From: Tortispora ganteri
Lineage: Eukaryota
Assembly: GCA_003707115.1 (NCBI GenBank)
Contig: PPNB01000018.1
Location: 62,001 to 126,000 of the forward strand
Direction: 5' to 3'
Length of the DNA stretch: 64,000 bases
Every line of letters begins with the position of its first letter. The stretch's first letter is position 1. Of this stretch, positions 1 to 11,065 are shown in pieces. The notes beneath the pieces are model-generated. The model saw nothing but the letters and a program-made list of their open reading frames with translations. It was not told where the DNA came from and did not search any database. The translations under genes and the position numbers were made by a program.

Positions 1-668
1 GACTCGTTGTTTTCGGCTAAATCAGGCGTTTAGTAAGTATACAGATATTCCTTCCAGAATGTCATTATATATGCAATAAAAATCTATTACAAGCGGATAT
101 ATCGGATTATAAGATTTAAAATACAACTTCTTTTTTATTTTAAAAATTTGACAAGTAATTCAAACTAACCTTTGTCTGTTTAATCCGTGTACTAATTTCG
201 AACTCGGCCGGAAACTTTTAAACGGGTCAAATACTATTATTCTTCGTCAACTTTAGTAATGAGTCACATATACTTAAAATTTTTTATCCCACCTTCCTTA
301 TCGGTACATCTATCTCTTAAAACATGCCTCTATAAACCTGTAAATTCGTCTAATGAATTCGTATAAAAAATCACTGATTTTATTGAATTCATTTCTACGT
401 ATTTATATATAAAAAATCCTTCCTACTATTTTCTTCTTTGGTTGATCTTATCGTATCTTAAAACCTTATCTTTATTTAAAGTTATGCGATAACTGTCATC
501 GATTAGCACACCTGCTATTCAGATAGTCACTTGAATCACCCTACACAGTCTAAGTTTTGCAAATCATTTCTAATGATTTTATTTTGTAAAACATTTTGTA
601 AATAGTGATATACCATTTATTTAGTTTCCAGTAGCGCTTCCTCATTTCTCAATAATGATCTATTCCTA

Positions 669-728
669 GATCTCTATCCTCGATCTCTATCCTCGATCTC
701 TATCCTCGATCCCTATCATCCCTATCAT
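669..728. repeat. Tandem 13-bp repeat (GATCTCTATCCTC)x3 plus degenerate tail
   Basis: Exact copies at 669, 682 and 695, followed by GATCCCTATCATCCCTATCAT. Confidence 0.9.
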
Positions 729-1114
729 ATCCAATTTTGTATCATCTCTACTTGAAATGTTTTCATTTATTTTACTCTTATACTTTTACTGCCTTTATAT
801 TTCTCTAATATACTTCAACTGCTCTACTGAAACTTTCATAATGCTATCCTTACTATTAATCACAAACTTGTCCATCAATCAATCCATACTACATATCATC
901 AATTCTGCCATACAATTAACAACCCCTTAATAGTACATCTATCCACTCGCTTATTTTAATATAACCAACGCACTTCCTCTACTCAAACTATCATAAATCA
1001 CCCTTCTAAAGTACAATCGAGTATTACTACACTGCTAAATTATCAGGGTCAAGGGCTACAAGTATCAAGATCCATAAACGAGTTTTTACTCCACTACTAA
1101 GCCTTACCTGACCA

Positions 1115-3010
1115 ATGGATTACGTACCTGATACGGACAACCGCCCGCTACTTCTAGAACAGGCACCAGAGATTCATAATGGGCCAAAATACAGACCTTG
1201 GTACCCTGACCCAGTAAACAGGTCAAATATACCCATATACTACTCAGTGTTCCAGGCTCCATACCCTGACCCGCCCCCGCTGCCGGATCAGTCTCGCGAA
1301 CTAGAACATTTCCAATCAGTCGTCCAAGCTGCCAAACATGCAATGGCTAATGGCGTCGATCCGTTGCTGGTTTCTTCGGGCTCATCAGGATCTTATTTTA
1401 TCAGAGATATGGACAAAAAGATCCTCGCTATCTTTAAACCCAAGGACGAAGAACCTTATGGCCCGCTGAGCCCGAAATGGGCAAAATGGATCCACAGAAA
1501 TTTGTTCCCTTGCTTCTTCGGTCGCAGTTGTCTTATACCGAACTCTGGATACACCTCTGAAGCCGCTGCTTGTATTTTAGACCGCCGTTTAGCTACCAAT
1601 ATCGTCCCATACACTGCAATTGTTGAACTCAGTTCACCTGCGTTCTATTACGGCTTCTGGACCCAGCACGGTTGCTACTCTCATAGAAAACTGCCTCCAA
1701 AACTCGGATCCTTCCAGTTGTTTCTCCACGACTATCAGGATGCATCTACCTTTTTACGCAAACATCCCTGGCCGGAACAGCACTACTGGGGAAATGCCGC
1801 AGCCACCGCGTCAACTCCACCACCACAATCTGCCTCTTCCGCCTCTGCCGCCGATTCTACCGATACCACCAGCGCAAATGACCCTTGGACACACACAATG
1901 CAGGATACTGACAATTCATCCGATGTTCATATGTTGAATTCGCTTCAACCTTCTACAACAGTCAGTGCTCCCCCTACAAATTTCTTCTGGACAGCTGATC
2001 TCCAATTCCAATTCCGACAAGAACTGTCCAAACTTGTCATCCTGGATTATATAATGCGAAATACAGACAGAGGTCTCGATAATTGGATGATAAATATCTC
2101 GTGGGATACTTCACAAACTGCTAATTCAGCGAACTCCTCGGTTCCGCAAGGGCCTCGCCCGAAACTAAAAATTGGCGCTATAGATTCTGGTCTCTCTTTC
2201 CCCTGGAAACATCCAGACGAATGGCGCACCTACCCTTTTGGATGGCTTTTCCTGCCTATCGCCCTAATAGGTCAACCGTTCTCTCCAGATATCCGTGAAC
2301 ATTTCCTCAGAATCCTCTGCTCTCGCGAGTGGTGGTCGCAAACCGTCAAAGAACTGCGCGACTGTTTTGCCATAGACCCGGATTTCAAAGAACGTATGTG
2401 GCTGCGTCAGCTGGCTGTCATAAAAGGTCAAGCGTTCAATGTTGTAGCGACACTTAAAGACCCTCAACAAGGTCCATTAGAACTCGCTAGACGTCAACGC
2501 ATTTTGGTATGGGACGATATAATGGACATACCAGTGGCAATTCCATATCGTCGCGCTAAACCCTTTGAATTTGAAGAAAATTACATAACAAACGCTAATC
2601 TTGCTAGCGATTCTCCTGAAACTATGACCGATGTTACCGCATTGTCAGACACACAGTCCGGCCCTATTATAACCTTGACTGGATCTGAGGCTGAGTCTGA
2701 GAACGTGGAAATAGTCCTTAATGCCGACACGTTCGAAGATACAAGCAACGTTTCGACGCTGTTTGGATCTGAAGGGTCACGAGAGGTAATTTTCCCACCT
2801 TTGCCGGTAGTTTCGTCGACAAGACCATCTACGGCGATTCGCAGCCCGGAAAGAATAAAATCAGCTACACGGCCTAGCAGAAATAGAACATACAGCGACT
2901 TAGGTATCGACGTCGCTGAAGGCTGGAATGAACACTCTGCAAGTAATCGACAAGTGATTGTCGAAAGACTCGAAACTGTTAAAAGTAACCCGGTATTTAC
3001 CTGGTGGTGA
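1115..3010 (+). CDS. LSB6: Type II phosphatidylinositol 4-kinase
   Basis: GSSGSYF, IFKPKDEEPYG, LVILDYIMRNTDRGLDNWM, IGAIDSGLSFP and HPDEWRTYPFGW motifs; C-terminal PVFTWW. Confidence 0.95.
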   Translation: MDYVPDTDNRPLLLEQAPEIHNGPKYRPWYPDPVNRSNIPIYYSVFQAPYPDPPPLPDQSRELEHFQSVVQAAKHAMANGVDPLLVSSGSSGSYFIRDMDKKILAIFKPKDEEPYGPLSPKWAKWIHRNLFPCFFGRSCLIPNSGYTSEAAACILDRRLATNIVPYTAIVELSSPAFYYGFWTQHGCYSHRKLPPKLGSFQLFLHDYQDASTFLRKHPWPEQHYWGNAAATASTPPPQSASSASAADSTDTTSANDPWTHTMQDTDNSSDVHMLNSLQPSTTVSAPPTNFFWTADLQFQFRQELSKLVILDYIMRNTDRGLDNWMINISWDTSQTANSANSSVPQGPRPKLKIGAIDSGLSFPWKHPDEWRTYPFGWLFLPIALIGQPFSPDIREHFLRILCSREWWSQTVKELRDCFAIDPDFKERMWLRQLAVIKGQAFNVVATLKDPQQGPLELARRQRILVWDDIMDIPVAIPYRRAKPFEFEENYITNANLASDSPETMTDVTALSDTQSGPIITLTGSEAESENVEIVLNADTFEDTSNVSTLFGSEGSREVIFPPLPVVSSTRPSTAIRSPERIKSATRPSRNRTYSDLGIDVAEGWNEHSASNRQVIVERLETVKSNPVFTWW

Positions 3011-3027
3011 ATAAATCGATATGGTCT

Positions 3028-4257
3028 TTATCGTTCAAATAATGTTATTTTGGCGGTATCAAATGAATGACCAGATCCTTTTGTGTCTTTAACTAACCCA
3101 ACAAGGATATTGCCGTCCCGTGTGAAACTTGAAATAGATTGTTCTAGATTGTCGTGTACGCTGTATGTCAGTTGGTGAGTAGCGACCAATCTTATACCCG
3201 GGAATGGAAGATATGAATGTATAAAAATCTCACTTGCTACACCTTCTTTATGGAGTAACAACAATACAGTTTTTCCGTCCTCAGGATCTATCATACTTGA
3301 CATTCTGTATGAGGAATATTTGGTTTTGGAGATGCAGTCTATGATTGTTTCTGAAACGGTGATTCCGCTGAATGTGATTATACGCAATATCAGCGTCTTT
3401 GGGGTATCAAAATATACACATGCAACCAGATATCTTCCTGGAAGAACAGTTTGTGCCGCAATGTAACTTGGTCCTTTAATACTAGCTGGTATGTTCTTTG
3501 AAGCGCGAATATCGTATACGAGCGACTCGTGCTGCATATTATAGCATATAAGCGTGGTAGGATCGGCCCATTGAGGATCAATCAGGCAATCTGATCCAGG
3601 GCCACGGTCATCAAGAACAGGTTCTGTAATTATCATAGGCGGTACAGACATCCTGTGGTCTAAGAAAAGGATTCCACTGCGATGTCCTATGCAGATAAGC
3701 TCATAAAAAGGACGTTTTGCTAATTGCGGATCTAATTTCGCTACAGGGTGGCGGAAGTCGTTTGGAGCTAGTTCCTTGTATTTACACTTGTTGAGCACCA
3801 AGTTTCTTTTGAAAAGAGTACAGTTGTCGGATTTTTGGCCGCTGTTGTCATCTAATGCGTCATGAATATTAATACTCCAGGTTTCACGGGATGTGTTCAC
3901 GTCGTACAGTCTGACTATATCTGTGGTGTACCTCGACGACGTATGCGCTAAATATATCTGATTCTCATTATTAGAATGTGCCATGCTTTTGACTGGACGC
4001 TTCATATTTTTGATCACAGTCTGTGTCGAGTAAGAGCATGATCCATCGCGGTTCTTGTCCATTGGCATCTGCCAGAGGCACTGCATCACTTCATGGCCTT
4101 CAGCCGTTGTCGTGCCCCAGTAACACGCTCTATCTGTTTGATCATTAACCATCATACTGCTAAAACTAAAACACTGTATGTCGTTTTGATCTGCATTGTC
4201 TTTAGCAACCAATGACCGCTGGACCGCGTATCCATTTACGCGATCTCGACTAGTCAT
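3028..4257 (-). CDS. Uncharacterised 409-aa protein, possibly a divergent beta-propeller (WD40-like)
   Basis: Long ATG-initiated ORF; beta-strand-rich with WD-like endings (VRLYDV, ILFLDHR, LVYDIR); no family recognised. Confidence 0.6.
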   Translation of the reverse strand: MTSRDRVNGYAVQRSLVAKDNADQNDIQCFSFSSMMVNDQTDRACYWGTTTAEGHEVMQCLWQMPMDKNRDGSCSYSTQTVIKNMKRPVKSMAHSNNENQIYLAHTSSRYTTDIVRLYDVNTSRETWSINIHDALDDNSGQKSDNCTLFKRNLVLNKCKYKELAPNDFRHPVAKLDPQLAKRPFYELICIGHRSGILFLDHRMSVPPMIITEPVLDDRGPGSDCLIDPQWADPTTLICYNMQHESLVYDIRASKNIPASIKGPSYIAAQTVLPGRYLVACVYFDTPKTLILRIITFSGITVSETIIDCISKTKYSSYRMSSMIDPEDGKTVLLLLHKEGVASEIFIHSYLPFPGIRLVATHQLTYSVHDNLEQSISSFTRDGNILVGLVKDTKGSGHSFDTAKITLFER

Positions 4258-4301
4258 TGGCTGGGAACACTATCGCGTTCAGTCCGAGTAATTACATAAA
4301 G

Positions 4302-4309
4302 CCGGGTAA
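4302..4309. promoter_or_regulatory. Reb1-type site CCGGGTAA in divergent promoter
   Basis: Matches Reb1 consensus TTACCCGG; identical GCCGGGTAAC also lies upstream of eEF2 (13517-13526). Confidence 0.5.
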
Positions 4310-4553
4310 CTTAAGTGCAACCTTGATGGTACTGCAACTTGTTCGAAACACCACTACACAATAGACCGAACTCTTTCTATTTCTTTACTTCTTGAAATAT
4401 TTAAGTACATACACACATATATATATCTCACGAAAACCCTGTGGTTCGCCTGCATTGCCGTTACTGCTCTCGTCACCGTTGCCGCGACTGACCGACCACA
4501 CCCCTGAACCTTACTTCGACACACTCATTCCTCTCTTTACTCAAAGAGATTAC

Positions 4554-7500
4554 ATGCTTAGGACTGTCTGCAGTAGATACACATCTCGAGCAGTTTCCTT
4601 AAACATTAGAATGGCGAACATCCACATTATTGCTGACGATTTACAAAAACCGCTGCTTGATGATCGCCAGTATCGCGTGATACAGCTGCCTAACAAGCTT
4701 GAAGCTACCCTCATACACGACCCAGAGACCGACAAGGCTTCGGCTGCACTAGACGTCAATGTCGGCTCGTTCGCCGACTACAATTATTTGCCGGGTCTTG
4801 CTCATTTCTGTGAACATCTTCTATTCATGGGCACTAAGAAGTACCCGAAAGAAAACGATTATTCGCAGTACCTTAGCCAACACTCTGGTCACTCCAATGC
4901 CTACACCTCAACCGACAGCACCAACTACTACTTCGAAGTCGGCCACGAATTTTTAAAAGGCGCTATGGACCGTTTTTCTCAGTTTTTTATTGCGCCACTG
5001 TTTAATCCTGAATGCAAGGACCGCGAAATCAGAGCAGTAGACTCCGAAAACAAGAAGAACTTGCAGTCGGACATGTGGCGTCTCCACCAGCTTGACTGCT
5101 CACTCTCTAACCCCGACCATCCGCACTCTGGCTTTTCTACCGGAAACCTCCAGACTCTTTCGTTTGAACCAAGCTCTAAAGGTATAGATGTTCGTGAACA
5201 GCTCATTAAGTACTATCATTCGCACTATTCTGCTAACATAATGAAACTCGTTGTCGTCGGCCGCGAAGACCTCGACATTTTGCAAAACTGGGTTGCAGAA
5301 ATGTTCTCGCCAATTGAAAATCTAAACATCTCTGCCCCTCCTACTTATACTGCTCCACCGTACCGACCTGAAGATCTTGGTTTTGTCGTTTACGCCAAAC
5401 CCGTCATGGACTCCCATACTCTGAGACTCATGTTTCCCTTCCCGGATCAAGATCAGTATTTCGAGACACATCCAGCCCACTACTTCTCGCATTTGATTGG
5501 GCATGAAGGACCCGGATCGATTCTTGCTTACCTTAAGTCTAAAGGTCTCGCTACAGGCCTCTCAGCCGGCTGCAGCCATGTTTCTACCGGCTACGACTCC
5601 TTCTCTATTGATATAGAACTATCAAAACATGCCGTTGATCAATGGAAGACTGTTCTTGATATTGTGTTTCAATACTTAACTGTCTTGAAGAAAGCCGGTC
5701 CTCAAGAGTGGATATTTGACGAACTGCGTGAAATGTCTGTTATCGAGTTTAAGTACCGTCACAAAATAGGTGCAGCTAACACTGCTTCGCGCTTAGCAGC
5801 TGCTATGCAGAAACTCCATATCCCTCGCGATAGAATTCTCAGCGCTAGTTCGGTTTTTGTCACTTACAAGCCAGACGTGATTTCTCAGTTCGCAGAATAT
5901 TTTTCTCCTAGCAACTTTAGATGCATGCTCGTCAGTCAGGACTACCCTGGCGACTGGGACCAGACTGAAAAATGGTATGGAACACTATATAGAATTGAGC
6001 ATTTCTCAAAAGAGTTTCTATCTTCTTTGGAAAAATCTGGCTCACTAACTGAATTGCACTTACCTGCTCCTAACGAGTTCATTCCACGTAACCTAGCCAC
6101 TGAGAAGACTGAAATCGCTGAAAAAGCGCAAGCGCCAACTTTACTGAGAGATGAAAGTTATATCAGACTGTGGCATAAGAAAGATGATACATTCTGGGTG
6201 CCTAAAGGTTCCATTTCTATAGAATTTTTCAACAACATATCCTCTGAGTCTGCTAAAAACAGCGCAATGGCGTCATTTGTCTCTGATATGTTAACTTATT
6301 ATCTGAATGAATACTCATATGCTGCAGATATGGCCGGCCTCAAATACAAGCTTTCTTCGTCTGATTCTGGCATGACTCTTTCTATTTCCGGATATAATGA
6401 CAAACTTCATGTGCTATTAGAAAAGATCCTACAGGAAATAGTGACATTTACTGTTAAACCTGATATCTTCAAGGTGGTGAAACAAAAACTTACTCAGAAA
6501 TTTGCTAATTTTGGCTATAATGCACCATACACTCAGATTGGTATATATGGAAGTTATGTGCTGAACGAACGAAGTTGGTCTGTGGAAGAGAAACTTGAAG
6601 CTCTTTCAACTGTGACTGAAGATAACGTGAACGAATTTTCTAAAAAACTATTTTCAAACTTGTTTTTCGAAATGCTAGTCCACGGAAATATCACTAAAGA
6701 CCAAGCATTTGAGCTAGCTAAACTTACTACCAATATTCTTACCCCTGAGTCATTCACTTCATCTGATAGACAACTTCCTAGCTCTTACATTCTTCCAGAA
6801 GGTAAAACACTCAGATATGTTGTGCCTCTTTCCGACAAAGAGAATGTGAATTCCTGTATTGATGTTTTTTTTCAGGTTGGAGAGTTAACTGACCGAGTTA
6901 CGAAAGCCAAACTGGACCTTTTATCTCAAATCGCAGTAGAACCTGCTTTTGACCGACTGCGTACCGAGGAACAGCTAGGTTATGTTGTTTTTAGCGGCAC
7001 TAGAACATCAAGAACTACTGCTGGATTTCGTGTATTGATACAGTCAGAACGAGACTGCGAATTCCTTGATTTCCGTATTGAATCCTTTCTAGTTTACCTT
7101 GAAGAGCTTCTCAACTCTATGAGTGACGAAGATTTTGCGAAACACGTTCATAGCTTAACAGTGAAGAAATTAGAAAAGATCAAAAGTTTACAGGAAGAAG
7201 GCTCTAGATTCTGGGGCTGCATTTCGAGCCGGTACTACAATTTCACACAGCGACAAGAGGACGTTGAGATTTTGGCTAAGCTTACTAAATCTGATATTAT
7301 TGGATTCTTTAATGAGTATATTAGCGCAAAGTCTCCGAAACGAACAAAATTGATTGTCTCGTTAGTGTCGCACAAGACGCCTGGTGAAGAAGAGTTCCTT
7401 GAACGTGGAGTGGCGGCATTTCTAGCGCAGAAACATTTTAATGTCGAGTCTGAGGAACTTAAGAAAGTCATGTCAAAGCTGCAAGAATCTCCGCAGAGTT

Positions 7501-7754
7501 TTGCTGGAGCATTGCAGCAGCTGCTAATTAGCAAAGGTGCTGATGAAGGTCAAGTGCAGGAAGCTATGGTAGAAGGTATGGCTATGCTTCAGAAGATTAT
7601 GGACACTCGTGTTGGCATTAGCAATGGCGACTCAGATAATTTTATTACAATTGAAGATGTGCAGAAGTTCAAATCGAACTTGACACTTGCTGCGCGTCCA
7701 GCTCCAATGAAAGATCTGAGCATCTACAAAGACTCATCATCGGCTAAACTTTAA
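4554..7754 (+). CDS. STE23: Insulin-degrading-enzyme family M16A metalloprotease
   Basis: GLAHFCEHLLFMGT (HxxEH), HLIGHEGPGS, LRTEEQLGYVVFS; first ATG is 4554 (ORF track starts at TTG), second in-frame ATG 4611; ends AKL. Confidence 0.93.
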   Translation: MLRTVCSRYTSRAVSLNIRMANIHIIADDLQKPLLDDRQYRVIQLPNKLEATLIHDPETDKASAALDVNVGSFADYNYLPGLAHFCEHLLFMGTKKYPKENDYSQYLSQHSGHSNAYTSTDSTNYYFEVGHEFLKGAMDRFSQFFIAPLFNPECKDREIRAVDSENKKNLQSDMWRLHQLDCSLSNPDHPHSGFSTGNLQTLSFEPSSKGIDVREQLIKYYHSHYSANIMKLVVVGREDLDILQNWVAEMFSPIENLNISAPPTYTAPPYRPEDLGFVVYAKPVMDSHTLRLMFPFPDQDQYFETHPAHYFSHLIGHEGPGSILAYLKSKGLATGLSAGCSHVSTGYDSFSIDIELSKHAVDQWKTVLDIVFQYLTVLKKAGPQEWIFDELREMSVIEFKYRHKIGAANTASRLAAAMQKLHIPRDRILSASSVFVTYKPDVISQFAEYFSPSNFRCMLVSQDYPGDWDQTEKWYGTLYRIEHFSKEFLSSLEKSGSLTELHLPAPNEFIPRNLATEKTEIAEKAQAPTLLRDESYIRLWHKKDDTFWVPKGSISIEFFNNISSESAKNSAMASFVSDMLTYYLNEYSYAADMAGLKYKLSSSDSGMTLSISGYNDKLHVLLEKILQEIVTFTVKPDIFKVVKQKLTQKFANFGYNAPYTQIGIYGSYVLNERSWSVEEKLEALSTVTEDNVNEFSKKLFSNLFFEMLVHGNITKDQAFELAKLTTNILTPESFTSSDRQLPSSYILPEGKTLRYVVPLSDKENVNSCIDVFFQVGELTDRVTKAKLDLLSQIAVEPAFDRLRTEEQLGYVVFSGTRTSRTTAGFRVLIQSERDCEFLDFRIESFLVYLEELLNSMSDEDFAKHVHSLTVKKLEKIKSLQEEGSRFWGCISSRYYNFTQRQEDVEILAKLTKSDIIGFFNEYISAKSPKRTKLIVSLVSHKTPGEEEFLERGVAAFLAQKHFNVESEELKKVMSKLQESPQSFAGALQQLLISKGADEGQVQEAMVEGMAMLQKIMDTRVGISNGDSDNFITIEDVQKFKSNLTLAARPAPMKDLSIYKDSSSAKL

Positions 7755-7787
7755 TAGACTCTAAACTAATAAAATATTTGTCATAAT

Positions 7788-8219
7788 CTACGAACTCTCA
7801 ATAATTGCTTTGTGTGAATCAAGAGCATAACGAGTTCCACAGTAAGTGCATGGAACGGCTTCTGGTTTGTCTAAGTTGATGAAGACTTTAGGATGACCTT
7901 GTCCATATCCAAGGCTTTCACCATCACAAACGGCAATATGGTTAGAGATATAACGTATAGGTTCTTCAGCAATCAATTCTATAGCGGCATACGGAGCAGG
8001 CTGGGCAGTTAAGTCCTTCTGTTCAAATCGCGGGCCGGTCATTGCCTCTCTTCGCGGTTTCTGAGATTTTGCCCATGTTTCGACCCGGTTAGGTGCCTGT
8101 TTCTGTATAGTAGCGACGTTCGCTTCATCCAGTGACGTCAAGGAAACATCTCCGCGTGCAGCATAGGCACGCGAGAACTGTCGCAGGGCAGAGCGTGATC
8201 TCAAAACGCGAGAAAGCAT
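7788..8219 (-). CDS. Complex I 13-kDa zinc-finger accessory subunit (NDUFS6/NUMM-like)
   Basis: Arg-rich presequence; CDG...GHPKVFINLDKP...CTYCG zf-CHCC motif. Confidence 0.92.
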   Translation of the reverse strand: MLSRVLRSRSALRQFSRAYAARGDVSLTSLDEANVATIQKQAPNRVETWAKSQKPRREAMTGPRFEQKDLTAQPAPYAAIELIAEEPIRYISNHIAVCDGESLGYGQGHPKVFINLDKPEAVPCTYCGTRYALDSHKAIIESS

Positions 8220-8395
8220 CGTCTGCTGAATAAGTCGAATATTGAATCTATTGCTTGGTGTATAATCGAGGTATTGATCTGCCCTGATTGGGTGCCCAGT
8301 TGTTATGGCAACAAACCTTTTTAGTAACTTTATTAGTACTTACTGTAAACAAATACGAATTAAACCTCACCAGTACAAACTACTATTACTACTAA

Positions 8396-11065
8396 ATGGC
8401 TACGAAAATTGCCGAACTGAACTCTGAGGATGGCTCCTTGCAGGAGTACGTTAAGAATGTGTTTCAGGAATCTCAAACATCAGCCTCTTCGCACAGAAGA
8501 CTGGTACGTACACTGAAGAAAGTGCTTGATCGCGCAGACGAGCTTGACCAGGTAACCGAGTTCTTCAACGAATTTGTTAGATGCGTTGCTTTTGTTTTGC
8601 CTCTGCGGAAATCGGAACAGTGTGCCGAGAAAATTGTGCGGTTTGTTACTCTTTTTGTGAAGAACTGTCAACTAGCAGAAGAAGAAGCTCAGAATCCAGC
8701 TTACGCCCAAATAACAGATGATCTGCTCGCTTTCTTGATCCGTGGTGTCAATGCCAAACTGAAAAATGTCCGATTTAGATCTATCCAGCTAATTGCATGT
8801 ATAGTCTCGACGTTAAACGAAATTGAAGATTCGCTCTCTCGAGTGCTCACATCTGAGCTTATAGACCGTTTGCAGGACAGGGAATCTACCATCAGAGTAC
8901 AAGCTGTTCTTGCACTCTCAAGACTGCAAATTGATATCAGCGAAGAAGACGGTGACGAAATTGATGACAATGAACTTGGTCGTCTGGTCACCGATAAACT
9001 GCTCACTTTGCTTTACAGTGATCCTTCCCCGGAAGTACGTCGAGCTGTACTTCTGAACCTGATCCGTACGAAACAAACGTTACCATACCTCCTTGAGAGA
9101 GCTCGCGATGAGTCTGATCTCAACAGAAAATGGGTTTTCACAAGAGTTTTACGTCAAATTCCGGATTTTCGAATGCTCTCTATAACTATGCGCGAAAAGG
9201 TCTTGAAATGGGGTCTCACTGATCGCGACAGCGGCGTCAAAGATACTGCTGTAAAACTGCTCGCTAATAATTGGATGGAAAATGTTGATGGCGATATTAT
9301 GGAACTTCTAGAACGTTTAGATGTTATGAATTCTGAAGTTCCAAGTCTTGCTCTTGATGCCCTTTTCGACCTACGTCCAGAGATTCCCGCCAGCATAGAA
9401 CTACCTCCTGAATTCTGGTCAGAACTGTCTATTGAAGGTGCTTTTTTTGCTAAATGTATTTGCAAGTACTTACATGATAAGTCGATTTACTCTGATGCGC
9501 TGCCCACCCTTAGTCAGTTTGCAGAAATGATGGAGTCACTTCTATGCACACTCAACGCCTTGGATGAAGATTCTACTCAAGCACCAGAAACTGATTTCAA
9601 GTTGGAACAACTGCTTGAAATTGTTGAAAATGGAGATTACTCTGATGAAGTAGGACGTCAAAGGATCTTAGATGTGTTACGCTCAATTTTACTCTCGCTT
9701 TCGGTTTCTGAAACTCTCACACGCACTTGCGTAAGATTATACCGCAAAATATCAGCTAACGATTCGGACCTTGCACTTCAAATATCAGAACTTTTTGAAG
9801 AACTAAGAGAAAGATATTTAGAGCCTCTTCAAATAACGAGGAAACGCCGCTTAAGTGATGATAAGGTAACTTCTGACGACGAATCTAGCAACGAATCTGA
9901 CGACTCTTTCCATTCCGCTGTTTCGAGCGTACCAGAATCAGAACAGTCTGGGGAATATAAAACACAGGCACTTGTTATAGAATTGAGATTTTTGAACATA
10001 ATTCAAGCAATGCTAGAAATTTCAGGCAAGTCCTTGCAAAGCAATCAGCATATCACCAACATGCTTAAAAACAATATTGTGCCTGCAATTAGAAACCATG
10101 ATGAAATAATCAGAATGAAAGGATTAAGATGTCTAGGTTTATGTGGTACTGTTGATATCGAGCTTGCTCGAATGAACCTGAACACGTTTCTGCAATGCTT
10201 TGAGGACGGTGATGAGGTATTGAAAGTTGAAGCACTAAAAGTGATTACTGATTTTGTTATCATACATGGATTTGATTTAGCCTCTAAACAAGATGAAGCT
10301 GCAGATACTGTGCCTTCTAGGGTTCCGACTAGTAAAGAAGATTTCCTGAAGAAGCTTGAGGAAACCCTTAAGTCAGCGCTTGTTTCACAGGACATGCCTA
10401 TGTTGCAAACAATTGGATGCGAAGCTGCTGGTAAGCTGTTATTGCTACGGTTCATCAAGAGCTCTAGTTTGCTTAATTATTTGCTTGTTCTCTATTTCCA
10501 TCCACTAACATCTAAAAACATTGAATTGAGACAGTGTCTTGGATACTGTCTGCCTGCGTTCTGCTATTCGTGCAGTGAGAACCAAGAGATCTTCTCAGAA
10601 ATTTTTGTTGAGAGCTTTGCTACTATTGCAGTTGCGCTAGAAGAGACGCCAACGGAAGAAGATGATTTAACACTATCTAAAGTTGCTGGACAATTTATTG
10701 AATGGCTTGATCCAGCTAAATGTTTATCTGAGGAACCTAGCATCACCGCTGGGATGAATGTAGGCAAGGATATCCTGCGGTACCTTCCGAGCGCCAATGC
10801 CACGGAAAGGAAAGCACTTGCATCTGTGCTAGGTAAGCTACCGCTTTCTCCGAAAGTGTCATTAGAGTATCTGCGAGACGTTCACGAGAAGGGATCGAAT
10901 TTGGTAGAGTTGAATGTTTTGAAAGACAGTACATCGACGTCTGCCGTGAAGAAGTTTGTTGACAGGTTGGAGACGATTGCCGGCAAAGGTGCAGAAGAGT
11001 TATCTGCGATAATGGATGAGAGCATTTTGGCCGAAGTAGCTGAAGAGATGTTAGATACTATTTAA
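8396..11065 (+). CDS. YCG1: Condensin subunit G (HEAT repeats)
   Basis: KNVRFRSIQL, D-R-E-x-x-IRVQAVLALSRLQ, DPSPEVRRAVLLNL, LERARD; Cnd3-type C-terminus (LRQCLGYCLPAFC). Confidence 0.92.
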   Translation: MATKIAELNSEDGSLQEYVKNVFQESQTSASSHRRLVRTLKKVLDRADELDQVTEFFNEFVRCVAFVLPLRKSEQCAEKIVRFVTLFVKNCQLAEEEAQNPAYAQITDDLLAFLIRGVNAKLKNVRFRSIQLIACIVSTLNEIEDSLSRVLTSELIDRLQDRESTIRVQAVLALSRLQIDISEEDGDEIDDNELGRLVTDKLLTLLYSDPSPEVRRAVLLNLIRTKQTLPYLLERARDESDLNRKWVFTRVLRQIPDFRMLSITMREKVLKWGLTDRDSGVKDTAVKLLANNWMENVDGDIMELLERLDVMNSEVPSLALDALFDLRPEIPASIELPPEFWSELSIEGAFFAKCICKYLHDKSIYSDALPTLSQFAEMMESLLCTLNALDEDSTQAPETDFKLEQLLEIVENGDYSDEVGRQRILDVLRSILLSLSVSETLTRTCVRLYRKISANDSDLALQISELFEELRERYLEPLQITRKRRLSDDKVTSDDESSNESDDSFHSAVSSVPESEQSGEYKTQALVIELRFLNIIQAMLEISGKSLQSNQHITNMLKNNIVPAIRNHDEIIRMKGLRCLGLCGTVDIELARMNLNTFLQCFEDGDEVLKVEALKVITDFVIIHGFDLASKQDEAADTVPSRVPTSKEDFLKKLEETLKSALVSQDMPMLQTIGCEAAGKLLLLRFIKSSSLLNYLLVLYFHPLTSKNIELRQCLGYCLPAFCYSCSENQEIFSEIFVESFATIAVALEETPTEEDDLTLSKVAGQFIEWLDPAKCLSEEPSITAGMNVGKDILRYLPSANATERKALASVLGKLPLSPKVSLEYLRDVHEKGSNLVELNVLKDSTSTSAVKKFVDRLETIAGKGAEELSAIMDESILAEVAEEMLDTI

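Noticed and set aside
4392..4553. TTG/GTG-initiated N-terminal extensions in the ORF track (STE23, SEC5, RFC2, RPL33, SCO1, VPS51 and others)
   Set aside because: Eukaryotic locus; the extensions cover promoter or UTR sequence, so ATG starts were used
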